Shown here: positions 17,156 to 30,446 of the stretch, piece after piece
Numbering within the stretch: the first letter of the stretch is position 1
Layout: every line of letters begins with the position of its first letter
Source of the DNA: the human T2T-CHM13v2.0 reference genome, Homo sapiens
Strand: one strand, 5' to 3'
Assembly (NCBI RefSeq): GCF_009914755.1
Contig: NC_060936.1
Length of the DNA: 64,000 nucleotides
Made by a program: the position numbers and the translations under genes
Notes under the pieces: generated by a model
Seen by the model: only the letters and a program-made list of their open reading frames with translations
Told to the model about the DNA's origin: nothing
Databases searched by the model: none

Positions 17156-17935
17156 CAGTGGTTGTCAATCATACTAGACCCAGTATCCTCTTTCTCTAAC
17201 AAATGATTTATAATGCTCTTTTATTATTCAGATTAATTCAGTCATTATATAACCTATGCACATACATAGTTTCAGTAAAAATTCAATACACTGGTAATAC
17301 TCTATATTATAAAAGAAAAAAAGGAAAGCAATTGTGTAATAAAATAATATGTATTTAAATCTGTGTATATGTTTCAATGTTTACATGTTGGAGCATAACT
17401 CCATTATAAGACATTGAAGTAATCAAAAGGTTACATTTGTGTGTAGGGTCATCATGAATTGCCAAATTTATGAAGATGAATACAAGTTATTGTTGTGGTA
17501 ACTTAGATATAAGTGGTGTTATTTCAGTAGCAATGAAAACATATTTCATACAAAATAATTTTCATACAAAATAAGTGCATTCTTTTCTTCATTTTTACTG
17601 TAATTTCCTTCTTAGAAATTTTGGTATAAATTACACCTTGCAAAACATATGTGTTCATTTGTAATGTGCAGCTAGGTTATAGGCTCAGACGGTTACAAAT
17701 ACATTTTTTCACATACATATATCTTTTTCATTCATTCAAAAGTCACATATCACACAAAATGAGGGAAAATTCTTAAATGTTTAGGGTGGTTGCACAAATA
17801 ACAAGAAGTCTAACATCTGATGCATAGAATGTCAATGGTGAGACCACCATCATTTTAATTATAAGTAAAACCCTTCAAATAATTTCCAAAATGTGTCCTA
17901 AGGGGTAAAGCTACCTACTGATTTTCAAGATCAGT
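17156..17935. mobile_element. hAT-Charlie DNA transposon relic
   Basis: Left end CAGTGGTTGTCAA resembles the Charlie TIR; right end (CCAAAATGTGTCCTAAGGGG...TTCAAGATCAGT) resembles MER3/MER20-type ends. Confidence 0.5.
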
Positions 17936-18850
17936 TTTAACTTTTGGGTAAAAGTATTTAAAATTCCAACACATTATTAAACTTGAATAATTAAAATGCT
18001 CATTCAGAAAGCCTAGCAGAATTGAGAAAGTGGAAAGTATGCTAGAAGAATAATCTCTGAGGACTCTAATATCTCTAATGTGGTTAGAACATATACCAAT
18101 CTTTTTATCTTCTGGACAGCACACCATTTATGTTTCTAACATATGTCCAGGATGCCTGTTTAGTTTTATTCTTTCTTTCATTAGTTATAAAATGTACAAT
18201 ATAAAAATAAGATGTGGCAGAAGATTTGTACCTCTCTAGCCTTACATCAATAGTAAATTTCATAGCACAACCTTAAATTCGAATAAATGGGTTGCTTGGC
18301 TAAAATGTACCTCTGAGAACGACAAATAAGAAATTTCTTAGTCCTTCTTTTTTCTTTTCCTTTCCATTAATTGTCGTCTTCCTTGTCATCAGCATGGCAG
18401 TAAAAATTATGTGATGACCACACTATGAAAAGAGGGAAGGTGGGCAGTATTTTAGGAGTGAATCCAGAAGGCATTTCTGATATCCACTGGCTGATGGTTA
18501 CTTCAAGCTGGTGAGACAGCTTTGTGGTCTGCCTTCTAGCTCTAAAGAGCAAACCAAAGAAGGAAAAAGAACAAGAATATAACTTACATACGAAAGGAGT
18601 TTATTTCTGGCCAGAGGCAAAATCTCTAAAGAAGCACTCTATTTTTTTCTATAATTTCATAAGAGTGTGATGTTTTACATTATAGATCATTTTTCCTTAA
18701 AACAGTGTCCATTTCCAGGTGATTTAGATCTATGCTCTCATTACCCATTCCCATTCCATAGAAAATGAATTAATAAATATTTAGGGAGTAGTGACAAACT
18801 GGAATACTTACAAATATTGACTATAAAATATGTAACACAGGATGTTATGT

Positions 18851-19176
18851 ATTTTTTATTGAAGTGAAATTCACATAACACATAATTAACTATTTTAATG
18901 TATCAAATTCAGTGGCATTTAGTTCGTTAAAAATGTTGTTTAGCTACCAGTTATTTCTGGTCTCAAAACTTTGCATCACCCCAGAACACCCTGTACACTT
19001 TAAGTAATTATTCTCCATTTCTTTCTCCCCTATGTCCTCTGGCAACCAATAATTTTTTTTCTGCCTTTGCAGATTTGACTATTCTGGATATTTCGTATAA
19101 AAGGAATCATACAATAGGAGACCTCTTATGTCTGGTTTCTTTCATTTACATAATGTGTTTGAGGTTCATACAAGTT
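18851..19176 (-). mobile_element. L1MB-type 3' end (piece 1 of an element split by inversion)
   Basis: TTTTTTATTGAAGTGAAATTCACATAAC...CTGGCAACC...GAGGTTCATACAAGTTGT, typical L1MB 3' UTR in reverse. Confidence 0.85.
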
Positions 19177-19182
19177 GTGAAA

Positions 19183-20223
19183 GTCGTAGCTACATTCATG
19201 CCTCTGAGGCCTCAGCTGCTGGGGATGTTCCTCAAAGTCTTAGATCCCAGCCTTGCAGGCAATTTGTATTCACTCATGGCTAGGAGAGTGAACCTGCACC
19301 CCAAGTCCCAGGAAAAATTCAATTCAATTATTCAATTCAATTCAATTCAATTCAATTCAATTCAATTCAATTCAATTCAATTCAATTCACAGTAATTCCA
19401 TGAGACCCTGAGACCAGGACCCAGGTTCCACAGACACTTTTGAGTACTTATGTCCTGGAACCCAGCACTGCTGTGGCTGTCTATGGAGCACATCAGACTC
19501 AAAACCGAGAGAGAATCTCCTCACCTAAAACTCTCAACTCTGATGAAAACAAGAATAGGAGGAACTAAAAAGCCTTCGACAGAAAGGACCCTAACAGCCC
19601 ATACTGCTATTACCGATACCACAAACTCCTGCAGCCTAGACTCCTGAGGCACCCATAGTCCTCATGGATCATAGCTGATGAGCTGGATGGAGACTACATC
19701 ATTGGATCTACCCAGAAAATCAACATCCAATCAACACTCTTGGACCCAACTGAATATCTACATGGAAAATAATAAAATTGGATCCTTATCTTCCACCATA
19801 TACAAAAATTATCTCAAAATCAATAAAAGACCCAAATTTAAGACCTGAAACTAAAACTTCTGAAAGAAAACCTAAGGAAAAATCTACTTGACATTGGCCT
19901 TGACAATGATTATATATCACATCGAAACTCAAGCAACAAAAGCAAAAATAAATAAATTAGACTACACCAAATTAAAAAGTTTCTGAAGAGCAAATGAAAA
20001 AACAAATGAAAAAGGCAGTCTATCGATTAGGAAAAAGTATCTACTAATTATATATCTGATAAAGGGTCAATAGCAAAATATATTAAAATCTCACACAATT
20101 CAACAGCAGAAAAACAACGCAATTTAAAAATCAGCAAAGACCTGAATAGACATTTTTCCAGAGAAGATATAAAAGCAGCAAGCAGGTGTGTAAAAAGTGT
20201 TTAGCATCACTAATCGTAAGGGA
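19183..20223 (+). mobile_element. Nested old L1: 5' UTR-like segment (19183-~19745) joined to distal ORF2 (~19750-20223)
   Basis: GC-richer L1M 5' UTR-like sequence followed by TTGGATCCTTATCTT..CCATATACAAAAATT ORF2 3' sequence. Confidence 0.65.
19316..19388 (+). repeat. (AATTC)n pentanucleotide microsatellite, about 14 units
   Basis: Directly visible; produces the NSIQF repeat in ORF 19075-19395. Confidence 0.97.
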
Positions 20224-22605
20224 TGAATAATCTCAATAAGAAATAAAAAGTTTCAACAACCTATAATAAGTAAAAAGATTGAATCAGTGATTACAAATGT
20301 CCAAACAAAGAAAAGCCCTGGACCAGATGTCTTCAATGGTGAATTTTATCACATTTAAAGAAGAATTAACACCACCCCTATTCAAACTCTTCCAAAATAC
20401 AGAAGAGAAATGAATACTTCCTAACACATTCTGTGAAGCCATGATTATCCTGATACCAAAGCCAGAAAATGATGGCACAAGAAAAGTAGACCGATACCCC
20501 TTATGAGTATAGCCATAATATTTCTTAACAAAATAGCAGAAAACTGAATGCACTATCACATTAAGAACGTTATACACAATGACCAAGGTGGGTTTATTCC
20601 AGGAATGAAAGAGGGGTTGAACAAAAGACAATCAATCAATGTAATATACTATGTAAACAAGTTTAAAAGTACTTAAACCTCTCAATAAATTCAAAAGAAT
20701 CATTGACAAAAAGTCAACATCCTTTCATAATAAAAACACTTAGTAAACTAGAAATAGAAAGGTACTTCCTTAACATGCTAAAAGGAATTTTGTAAAAACA
20801 CACAGCTAACATTATATTCAGTGATGACAGACTGAAAGCTTTTCTATTAAGATCAGTAAAAAGATAAGAATGCCCACTTTTCCTGTTGTTATTCAATATT
20901 GTTCTGGAAGTGCAAGTCAGAACAATTAGGCAAAAGTAAAAAGAAACAAAAGGCATCCAAATTGTAAAGGAAAGTATAAACTATACCTGATTGTATATGA
21001 AAAGACTATCTAGAAATATCATAAAGAAGCAACAAAATATACTAAAGCTAATAAGCAAATTCTATAAAGTTGCAGGGTACAAGATCAACACATGAGTTGT
21101 GCTTTTATACACCAGTAATTAATCTGAAATCAAATTAAGACAATTCCATTTACAATAGTATAATTGTAAATTACAAGTTACCATAGAGAAAAATTCCATT
21201 TACAATAGCATAAAAGAGTAAAATATCTACAAATAAATTTAACCAAATAAGAGAAAACTACAAAACGTTACTGAAAGAAATTAAAGAAGGCCTAGTTAAA
21301 TGAAAAGACATCTTATGTTTACAAACTGAAAGTCTTAGATTATTAAAATGATAATACTCCCCAAAATATTTTACAGATTCAATACAATCCCTATCAAAAT
21401 TCCAATTGCCTTCTTTTTGCAGAAATAAAAAAGTCAGTCACCAAATTCATATGAAATTGCAAAACAATATTGCAAAAGAAGACCAAAGTTGGAGAACTCA
21501 TAATAATTTTCAAAACTTGCTATAAACCTACAATAATCAAAACAGTATGGTACTGACATAAGCATAAACATTTAGACAAATGGAATAGAATTGAGCTTCC
21601 AAAAAGAAATCCAAAAAACTATGGCTAATGGATTTTCAACAAGGATGCCAAGACATCCTTTTCAATGGGAAAGAATAGTATTTTCAAAAAATAGTGCTGG
21701 CATAACTGAATAAGCACTTTCATTAGAATGTATTTGGACCTGTACCTACCTCAACATACAGTACAAAAGTTAATATGGATCAACAACTAAATGTGACAGC
21801 TAAAGCAATAAAATTATTAGAAGAAAGCATAAGGATAAATCTTCATGATTTCAGATTTTGCAGTAGATATTTTAGATTTGACGCCAAGAACACAAAAAAT
21901 AAAATAAAAAATAAATAAATTGGACTTCACAAAAAATGAAATGTTTTATGTATCTAAAGTCTACCAAGAAAGTGAATATACAATCTACAGAATGGGAAAA
22001 AGCATTAACAAATCATATAACTTATAAAGGTTTCACATCGAAAATATATTAGAAACTCTTGCAACTCAATGACAAAAAGACAAACAACCCAATTTAAAAA
22101 TGTGCAATAGACTTCAATAGACATTTCTTGAACAATGATATCAAATGACAAACAAACACATGAAAAGATGTTCAACTGCTTTGATAAGTAAGGAAATGCA
22201 AATAAAAACCACAAGTGAGCTACAACTTCATACCTGCTAGGATGGCTATAATTAAAAAGCAATAACAACAACACATAAGAAAACAAGTGTTGGCAAGGAT
22301 GTGGAGAAATAAGAACCCTTCTACATTGCTGGTAGAAAGGTAAAAAGTATAGTCACTGTGATTTGTTGGATCTTCAAGATTGTAAACACAGCACCAGCAT
22401 GTTACGCAGCCATTTTACAACTAGAGAAATAAAAACATATGTCCCTACAAAAACTTGTACATGAAGGTTTATAGCTGCATTATTCATAACAGCCCAGAAA
22501 TGGGACCACTCAAATGTTCATCAACAGATGAATGGATAAACAAAATATAATATACATATAGTGGAATATTATTAAGCCATAAAAAAGGAATGAAGTACTG
22601 CTATA
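20224..22605 (+). mobile_element. L1MB-type ORF2 to start of 3' UTR (piece 2, inverted)
   Basis: Continuous degenerate ORF2 (AAAGCCCTGGACCAGATG..., TTCAATATTGTTCTGGAAG...) ending abruptly at AAAAGGAATGAAGTACTGCTATA. Confidence 0.88.
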
Positions 22606-22611
22606 TTTCAC

Positions 22612-23150
22612 TCTGAAGGGAAAAGTACAGCACCAATACAACTCTGGGGAAAAAGAGGAAAGATGATATTTCAAATTTTGGTGACCCATGATGCAGGGCA
22701 CAGATGCAGTTTGGTTCCCAGATCTAAGTGAGCACAAAGGCAACTTGGGTCCTGGAGAATGAGGCACCATGCAGTGGTGACTCTGGACTCTGGAATGGTG
22801 GGACATTGTAGTAGCCTAGGCCCTATGCAGCTGGATGTTGCAGCAACGACCCAGGAATGGTGGGGCCCAAGTTGTTGAGGCTCCAGGAGGCAGGGCAACG
22901 GTTTAGAAGCAGTACAGCTATTATTATAATTACTCCACTGGCTAGAGTGGGGAACCTCAGCAGTTCAGCCTCTAGGGGAGCTATTCCAGGGATATAGGGT
23001 GCTGTGGCTGTTCAGCCTGGAGTTTGTGTTGGCGCAGCTTAGCCAAAGCTTTGTTTTCCTGAGACTTGAAGCACTTCATTTCAGCTGAGCCCCAGGAGAG
23101 ACAGCTGTACTGCTGGGCCAAGATTCTCTTTCCCTGGGAAGTGGGAAGCT
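22612..23150 (-). mobile_element. Old L1 5' UTR-like segment (probable continuation of 19183-19745 before inversion)
   Basis: GC-rich, repetitive L1M 5' UTR-like composition in the opposite orientation to 19183-19745. Confidence 0.55.
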
Positions 23151-25569
23151 CAGGCTTCTCTACTGTTTTTCTAACCTTTACTTCATCTATCTCTGCTCTG
23201 ATTCTTATTTTCTTCCCTCTGCTGACTTTGGTATCAGCTCTTCTTTGGTTCCTTCATGGGTAAGGTTAGGTTACTGATGTGAGATTTTTTTCTTCCTTTT
23301 TAATGCAGAAATTTACAGCTATGAAATTCTCACTCAGCACTGCTTTTGCTGAATTCTGTAAATTTGATATGTTCAGTTTTCATTTTTATTCACCTCAAAG
23401 TATTTTCTAATTTCCCTTGTGATTTCTTCTTTGTTCCATTGGTTATTGTAGAGTATGTGTTAAATTTTTACATATTTGTGAAATTACTAAGTTTTCTTCT
23501 GTTATCGATTCCTACTGTTTATTCTATTGCAGTCAGATAATCTAGTTTATATAATTTCAATCTCAATCTTATAAAAGTTATTGACATTTCTTTTGTAGCC
23601 TAAATATGGTCTATACTGGAGAATGTCTCATGTACATGTGAGAAGAATATGTATTTTGCTGTTGTTAGGTGGAGTGTTCTGCATATATCTGTTACATTTA
23701 ATTGGTTTATAGTGTTGTTCTAGCCCTTTATTTTCTTATTGATATTTTTTCTAGTTTGTTATAACTATTATTTAAACTGGGATATCAGTCTCCAACTGTT
23801 ATTGTAGAACTTTCTATTTCTCTCTTCAATTCTTTCAATATTTGCTTCATATATTTTTGTGCTCTCTTGTTTAGTGTATATATGTTTATAATTGTTATAT
23901 ATTCTTGACAAATTGATGTTTTAATTGACATATGTCTTTTTTTTCTTTTATAGAAATTTTGTCTTCAAATAGATCTTGTCTGATATTAGTATAGCTACCC
24001 CAAATCTCTTGGTTATTAATCCACTCTGCCAGTCTCTCTTTTTAATTGAAGGGTTAATCAATTTACATTTAAAGTGTTTATTAGTAATATGAAATTACTT
24101 CTGCCACTTTGTTATTTTTCATGTGTCTTATACCTTTTATGTTCTTCAGTTCCTCCAATACTTTTTACTTTTGTTATTGATTGATTCTTTGAGTGTACTA
24201 TTTTGATTCCCTCTTTATTTCCACTTATGTATATTTAGTTATTTTCTTTGTGGCTACCATAGAGATTACAGTTAACATGCTAAATTTTTACCAATCTATT
24301 TTTAATTAATTCCAATTTAGCTTCCATAGTATGTATTAACTTCATCTTCACCCATTTAGGTTTTAATTGTTACAAATTATATCTTTATATATTATATACC
24401 CATTAACTTAGATTTATAATTATTGTCTTATGTACCAAAAAACATAGAAAAGAAAAAGAGAAATTAAAATAAGAAAAAATATTTTTCTTATTTATTAAAT
24501 AAATATTTTTCTTATTTAAAAAAATAAAAAAATTCTTATTTATTAAATAAAATTGTTTATATTTCATTAATATAAAAATTAATTTTTATATTTACATTCA
24601 TATTTACCTTTACCACAGCTCTTTATGTCTTTTCTTCGCTGTAGGTTATCATCTAGTGTCTTTTCATTTTAGCCTGAAGGACTCCCTTCATTATTTATCA
24701 TAGGGAAGGTTTACTATCAATGAGCTTCCTTGGCTTTTGTTTATCTGATCATGTCTTTCTTCTCCCCCTTTTTTGAAGAATAGTTTTATTGGATATAGAA
24801 CTTGGTTGACAGGTGGTTTTTTGGTTTTGTTTTTTGTCTGTTTGTTTTTTCTCTCAGTACTTTATACAATTTTTATCATCTTGCTGCCTTCTGGTCTCTA
24901 TATCTTCTGACGAGAAGTCAGTTGTTAATTTAATTGAGTGCTCCTTGTACATTATGAGTTACTTCTCTTTTGAAACTTTCAAGATTATGTCTGTCTTTTA
25001 TTTTCACAGTTTGATCGTAATGTGTTGGTTTAGATCTCTTTGAATTTAACTTGTTTAAATATGTTGAGTTTTCTTATGTGCACATTCATGTCATTCATAA
25101 AACTTAGAAAGTGTTCGATTATTAAAAAAATATTCTTTTTGTACCTTTCTCTTCTTTCTGGAACTCCCAAAATGTATATATTGCGTACCTGATGGCATCC
25201 CGTAGGTATCATAAGATCTGTTTATTGTTTTTTCTTCTCTTATGACTGGAAATAACAATCCCCTGTCTTTAATTCACAGATTTTTTTTTCTCCCACCTGC
25301 TCAAATTTGCTGTTGCACACCTCGTGAATTTTCATTTTAGCTATTGTGCTTTTCAAACCCCAGAAATTCTATTAGGTTTGTTTTTAAAATTTGTATTCTT
25401 TATCGATATTTACCACTTTTCCATGCATCATTCTACTGATTGCCCTTAGTTCTTTGTCTATTTTTTTTCTTTAGCTCTTTGAGCATATTTGAGATTACTT
25501 AAAATAGTTTCTTAGTAAGCTAATTTAAAATCTTTATCTGATAAGTCCAAAGTTGGAACTTTATTTAAC

Positions 25570-26030
25570 TAATAGATTATTTTTAGAGCCCTTTAGGTTT
25601 ATAGAAAAAATTGACCAGAAAATACTGACAGTTCTCCAAGATTCTCAACCCCTCTGCACACGGTTTTTCCTACTAACATCTTGCACTCATGTGGTACATG
25701 TATTATGATTGATAAACCACTATTGACATATTATTATAAACTAATGTTCATAGCTTACATTAGAGTTCACCTTCTTTGTTGTAGAGTTGTATGTGTTTTG
25801 ACAAATGCATAATGTCATGCATATACCATTACAGTGTCATACAGAATACTGTTCTAAAATTTCTGTGCTCCATCTATTTATCCTTCATTTCCATCTGCCA
25901 AACTCCTGGCCAGCAGTGATATTTTACTGTCTCCAGAGCTTTGCTTTTCCATGAATGTCATATAGTTGAAATCATGCAATGTGGAGCTTTCTCAGACTGT
26001 CTTCTTTCACTTAGCAATATGGACTTAAGG
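25570..26030 (-). mobile_element. L1MC/L1MD-type 3' UTR fragment
   Basis: TTTAGGTTTATAGAAAAAATTGA...ACAAATGCATAATGTCATG...CAGACTGTCTTCTTTCACTTAGCAATATG. Confidence 0.75.
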
Positions 26031-26408
26031 GAACTTCTATTTCTTTTTCTATTTAATTATTCATTTTTTTCTGTGAATGGGTCATACTTTCCTGTTTATT
26101 TGCATGCATTGCAAGTTTTTTATTGATGACTAGACAATTTGTGTATTTGAATGTGATAACTTTGTAAATCAGATTCTCCCACTTCTCCAGGGGCTATTTT
26201 TTTCTTTTCTTTTCTTTGTGTTTTGCTATTTTTTTCTTATTAAGGGCAGCAGCTGCTCATTTGTTTAATGTCTGTTTCAAATTATTTTTGCAAAGACTAT
26301 ATTTATTTTTCTTTATGATTTCTGAAGTCTCCGTTCCATAATCTCTGCAGTCATCCCGTGACCTGACAGATTTTTCTAGTGGTCTGAACCCAATAAGAAA
26401 AAGAAGAG

Positions 26409-26727
26409 GGCCAGGCACTGTGGCTCGCGCCTGTAAACCCAACACTTTGGGAGGCCAAGGTGGGTGGATCACTTGAGGTCAGGAGTTTGAGACCAGCCTA
26501 GCCAACATGGCGAAACCCCGTCTCTACGAAAAATACAAAAAATTAGCCAGATATGGTGACACACACCTGTAATCCCAGCTACTCTGTAGGCTGAGGCAGG
26601 AGAATTGCTTGAACCAGGGAGGTGAAGTAGCAGTGAACGGAGACTGCACCATTGCACTCCAGTCTGGGTGACAGAGCAAGACTCTGTCTCAGAAAAAAAG
26701 AAGGGAGAGAGAGAGAAAAAAAAAAAG
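26409..26727 (+). mobile_element. Alu (AluS, Sz/Sx-like) with A/GA-rich tail
   Basis: Dimeric Alu body 26409-26690; tail decayed to (GA)n. Confidence 0.95.
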
Positions 26728-28199
26728 ATGTTTTGTCTGTTTACAGTTCTTCTGCCAGTGCCACTCAGGAAGCCACTTTAGACCAATGGCATTGAAACAA
26801 TGGCCAGCATCACCAAGCAGATCATAACTCACAACCTTGATTTTTGAAAAAAAAAAATCCTTAAAGCTGCACCAGAACACAGGTTATCATATCTACAGCT
26901 GCCTGCTACAGGAAAAGGTAATTTTGGATGGTAGCTGCTATATGAAACACCAGAATTTACCAGCTCCTTTCTTTATCGAGCATTCCCCCTGGATGCCACA
27001 AATAGTTGGCATCTGTTTCAAAACTCTGTAGTTTTGAAAATAACTGATTATAATAGTTTTTGTCAAAGTAATAGTTGTTTTGGTGGAGGGTCAAATACCT
27101 AGAGCAGCATATCTGTCATCCTCCTTGATATCATAAAGATAGGTCTTTTGATTCCAAAATTAAGTTAACTTTCTGAATAAAGTTTGTTTTCCAAAAGACC
27201 CTTACTTACTTTATAACTTGTATGTGCCTTTCTCTGCCATAAGATATTATATGGCTGAGGATTAAATAAAAATATTAATTACCAAGATGCTTATTTTTAT
27301 ATATAGAAAAGTTCACCTTTGTAACAATACAAGAATGTACACACTTAAAAGTAATTTTAAGTATGCATAGTTTCACATCCAGATTGGGCCTTCTCTTAGT
27401 CATCTGTCCATTCAATGTTAGTTTTTGGAGGAGGGGACATTTATACCACATAATACAATACCCAAAGGTAAAAGCAAACTGTCCCATGACTCTCCTATAT
27501 TTTAAATGTATAACTCTTGGTAAAACTCTGCATTTAAAAAGTAATTAAGCAGAGGACCCTCACCATGGAAGATAAAGCAGTAAGATAAAACAATCCTAAC
27601 TACTGCATGAAGAAATTAAGTTTAATATAAAGATTGATTCCCTGACAGTAAGAGTTTTTGAATATTAGAAAGATTATTCTGAAGGTCTAAGTGATCTTCT
27701 CTGGAAAAAGGACATGATTACATAATTTTAAAATCCCCATATAGAATTTTTTAGAATGCTTCTTCTTTGAGAACTCTACTAGTTTTAAAACTGGTAAACA
27801 TGAGAGCTGCTTTTGAAATCTGGGCTCTGATGATTACTTTTTCAGAGGCCAGATGCAGTAGGCATCTGTGCCCAGCTGTTCGCAGAGGCACTTCTGCTTG
27901 AAGGGTGAACCATAGTTTATAACTGAAAACAGTCAGGGATATTGTGAAAGATATTTTAGTGGCAGAAAACCATGATGAATGTGCTGACACTCCTAAGGAA
28001 AATCTATTTAAAAATTATTTTTAAGGTTTTTGCACATATAAAAAGTAAAAAGACCAAAAGAAAGTAATGGCAAAACTTTTTCCCTAATTTTGTATTTAAT
28101 ATATGTAGCCAGGTTAAGAAACTACTTACTACATAGCAAAAAAGAAGTGTTGCGACAATGGAGTCTAGAATGCTAGACAGAGTTTTTGTTATCCAGCCC

Positions 28200-28550
28200 T
28201 TTAAAAAAATTTAATATATGAATCACAGCAAAATTAAGAAAAGTTTTGAAAATGCAGAAATATTTAAAAATAGTGAGCAGCATTATAATTCAATCACTCA
28301 TGGATAACTTAGGGTTAGAAGGTGTTTTTCTAGCCCTATCTTCTTTCAAAATTGAAATCATACTAAGCATGAAATGTTGTATCCTGCTTTTTTAAGCTAT
28401 AACTTAGCATTTTGCTTTTTACTTAAATGTTTGTGTAAACATGCATATAGGTGGCATAACTGTCTAACTGCATACCATCATATAGAGGTTTTACAATATA
28501 TCTAAGTATTCCCTAAAGTTTGCTATATCAGGATTAATTCTGAGAATCAA
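28200..28550 (-). mobile_element. Very old L1ME-type 3' fragment
   Basis: CAAAATTGAAATCATACT...TTGTATCCTGCTTTTTT motif typical of L1ME 3' UTR in reverse. Confidence 0.45.
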
Positions 28551-30081
28551 GATTACAATGTCAAATAAAGTGGATATATATTTCTGTTATGTAAATAGCA
28601 CTATAGTCCCAATTTTTACATAATCAATGAAAAAATTACATCTTCAAATGCCTTTTTAGGATACTTAGGAATTTGCATATTTTTTCATATATAATTTGTG
28701 GTTGATAAGTGTGCATTATTGCATTTAATAATAAACCAATCATGGCTGATCACTTTTAATTGTACTGTTTTGTTCTACTTCTCTGTACTCTATTTCATTT
28801 TTTGGTATCTATGTTTCTAAGTATTCTTTTTTGAGGTCCTTCTTTGTAAGTTTTAGATCCAGAGCAGCCACTTGCATTAAGTGAAATTGAATATTTACCC
28901 ATATTTTTGTGTCCTATTAATAACTTACATAACATTCAAATTACTTATTGTGGTAATTTTTAAATTTACTCTCAATCAATCCTCTTGATCCTAGAGTTCA
29001 TTTTTGGGATGTGGGGTGGGGGGTCAGATTTCAAAATCTTTATATATTTATCTGTTGGATTATATATAGCGGTGTATTTTTATCTCTCCTATGATAATGT
29101 CTTTTTGCCAAATCTTCTAAAAGTATTTTTGTTTTCATAAATTTTATGCTTTTATTAATCAGATATAATTGTGACTACATTACATAATAGTAAATTAATA
29201 CCCTTTGTCAAACATATTGTGTAAACCTCAATAATTTAATTTCTCTGATATCAATAACATCACTTTTTATTGAAATGAATCAATCTCTGTCCATGCTTTT
29301 GTTTTAAACTTTGTATTTAATTATATTTCACATGTGTCTCTTGTAAGACAATTGGTATTTGTTTAACTTGAAAAGTCATATTTGTATATTTGCTTTTCTT
29401 TATGAAGTATTAAGTTTATTTTTTATATTATCACAATATATTTAGGAGAAGCACATCTGGAATGGTGTAATGAGGAATTGCAAAAATCATCTGTTCCTCC
29501 ATGAGAACCAAAAAAAATGACAAAAATTGTCAGTATAAACTCTTTCACAACTTTAGACATTAACAAAAGACATTAAAAAAATTCAAGCAGCATTTTTTTA
29601 AATAACTAACAGCTGAATCTCAGTGATAATAAGCTTTGTCACATATTGACTTACTCCATTCTTTCTCCCAATAACCATAACAGCTGAAAAAACTAATCAC
29701 CCAATAGCCACAGAGGTGTCAGAATTGGTTTGTTGCTCCACAAATGTCCCATCCCAAAACAATTGTCACTATTTGACCGATCTGGCATTTCCCTAGAAAA
29801 GTTCCATTCATCGGGGAAGTTTTATTTGAACTGATTCACAGCTCTCCCAATGAAAAAAGTTCTATCTACAGGATGTTTGTTGAAAATAATCAGCAGCAAT
29901 TGTATACTACTACCATTGCCTAAGGCAGTGATACCAATTGGAGAAAATAAGAATTTGGCTATAAAAAACTTAAAAGAACAACATTAAACAAGGAATGAAA
30001 TGTCAGTAGGAACTTAAAAATGCCCCCACATATTCCTGGGGCTCTATAAGGCCATACATTTGTTCAAAGTTGTATACATGT

Positions 30082-30446
30082 TGATATGATTTGGCTGTGT
30101 CCCCACCCAAATCTCATCTTGAATTGTAACTCCCACAATTCCCGCATGTTGTGGAAGGAATCTGGAGGAAAGTAATTGAATTGTAGGGGTGGGTCTTTCA
30201 CGTAGTGTTCTTGTGATAGTGAATAAGTCTCACCAGATCTCATGGTTTTAAAAGGCAGAGTTCCCTGCATGAGCTCTCTCTTTGCCTGCTGCCATCCAAA
30301 GGTGTGACTTGCTCCTCCTTGCCTTCCATCATGATCTTGAGGCCTCCCCAGCCACACAGAACTGTAAGTCCATTAAAACTCTTTCTTTTGTAAATTGCCC
30401 AGTCTTGGGTATGTCTTTATCAGCAGTGTGAAAAAGGACTAATACA
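30082..30446 (+). mobile_element. THE1 (THE1B/C-like) MaLR solo LTR
   Basis: TGATATGATTTGGCTGTGTCCCCACCCAAATCTC...GGACTAATACA; 5-bp TSD CATGT at 30077-30081 and 30447-30451. Confidence 0.95.

Larger units (their letters stand above)
23155..27134 (-). mobile_element. Old L1M 5' UTR, ORF1 and 5' ORF2 (piece 3), with nested L1MC/MD fragment and Alu
   Basis: Reverse ORF2 EN-region sequence 23155-24020, ORF1-like 24650-25560 (ILGVPERRE in ORF 25030-25212), L1M 5' end motif TTTTGGTGGAGGG...CATCCTCCTTGATATCA near 27134. Confidence 0.75.

Noticed and set aside
19075-19395. 106-aa ORF with NSIQF repeats
   Set aside because: Chimeric frame across an L1 3' UTR, the inversion breakpoint and an (AATTC)n microsatellite.
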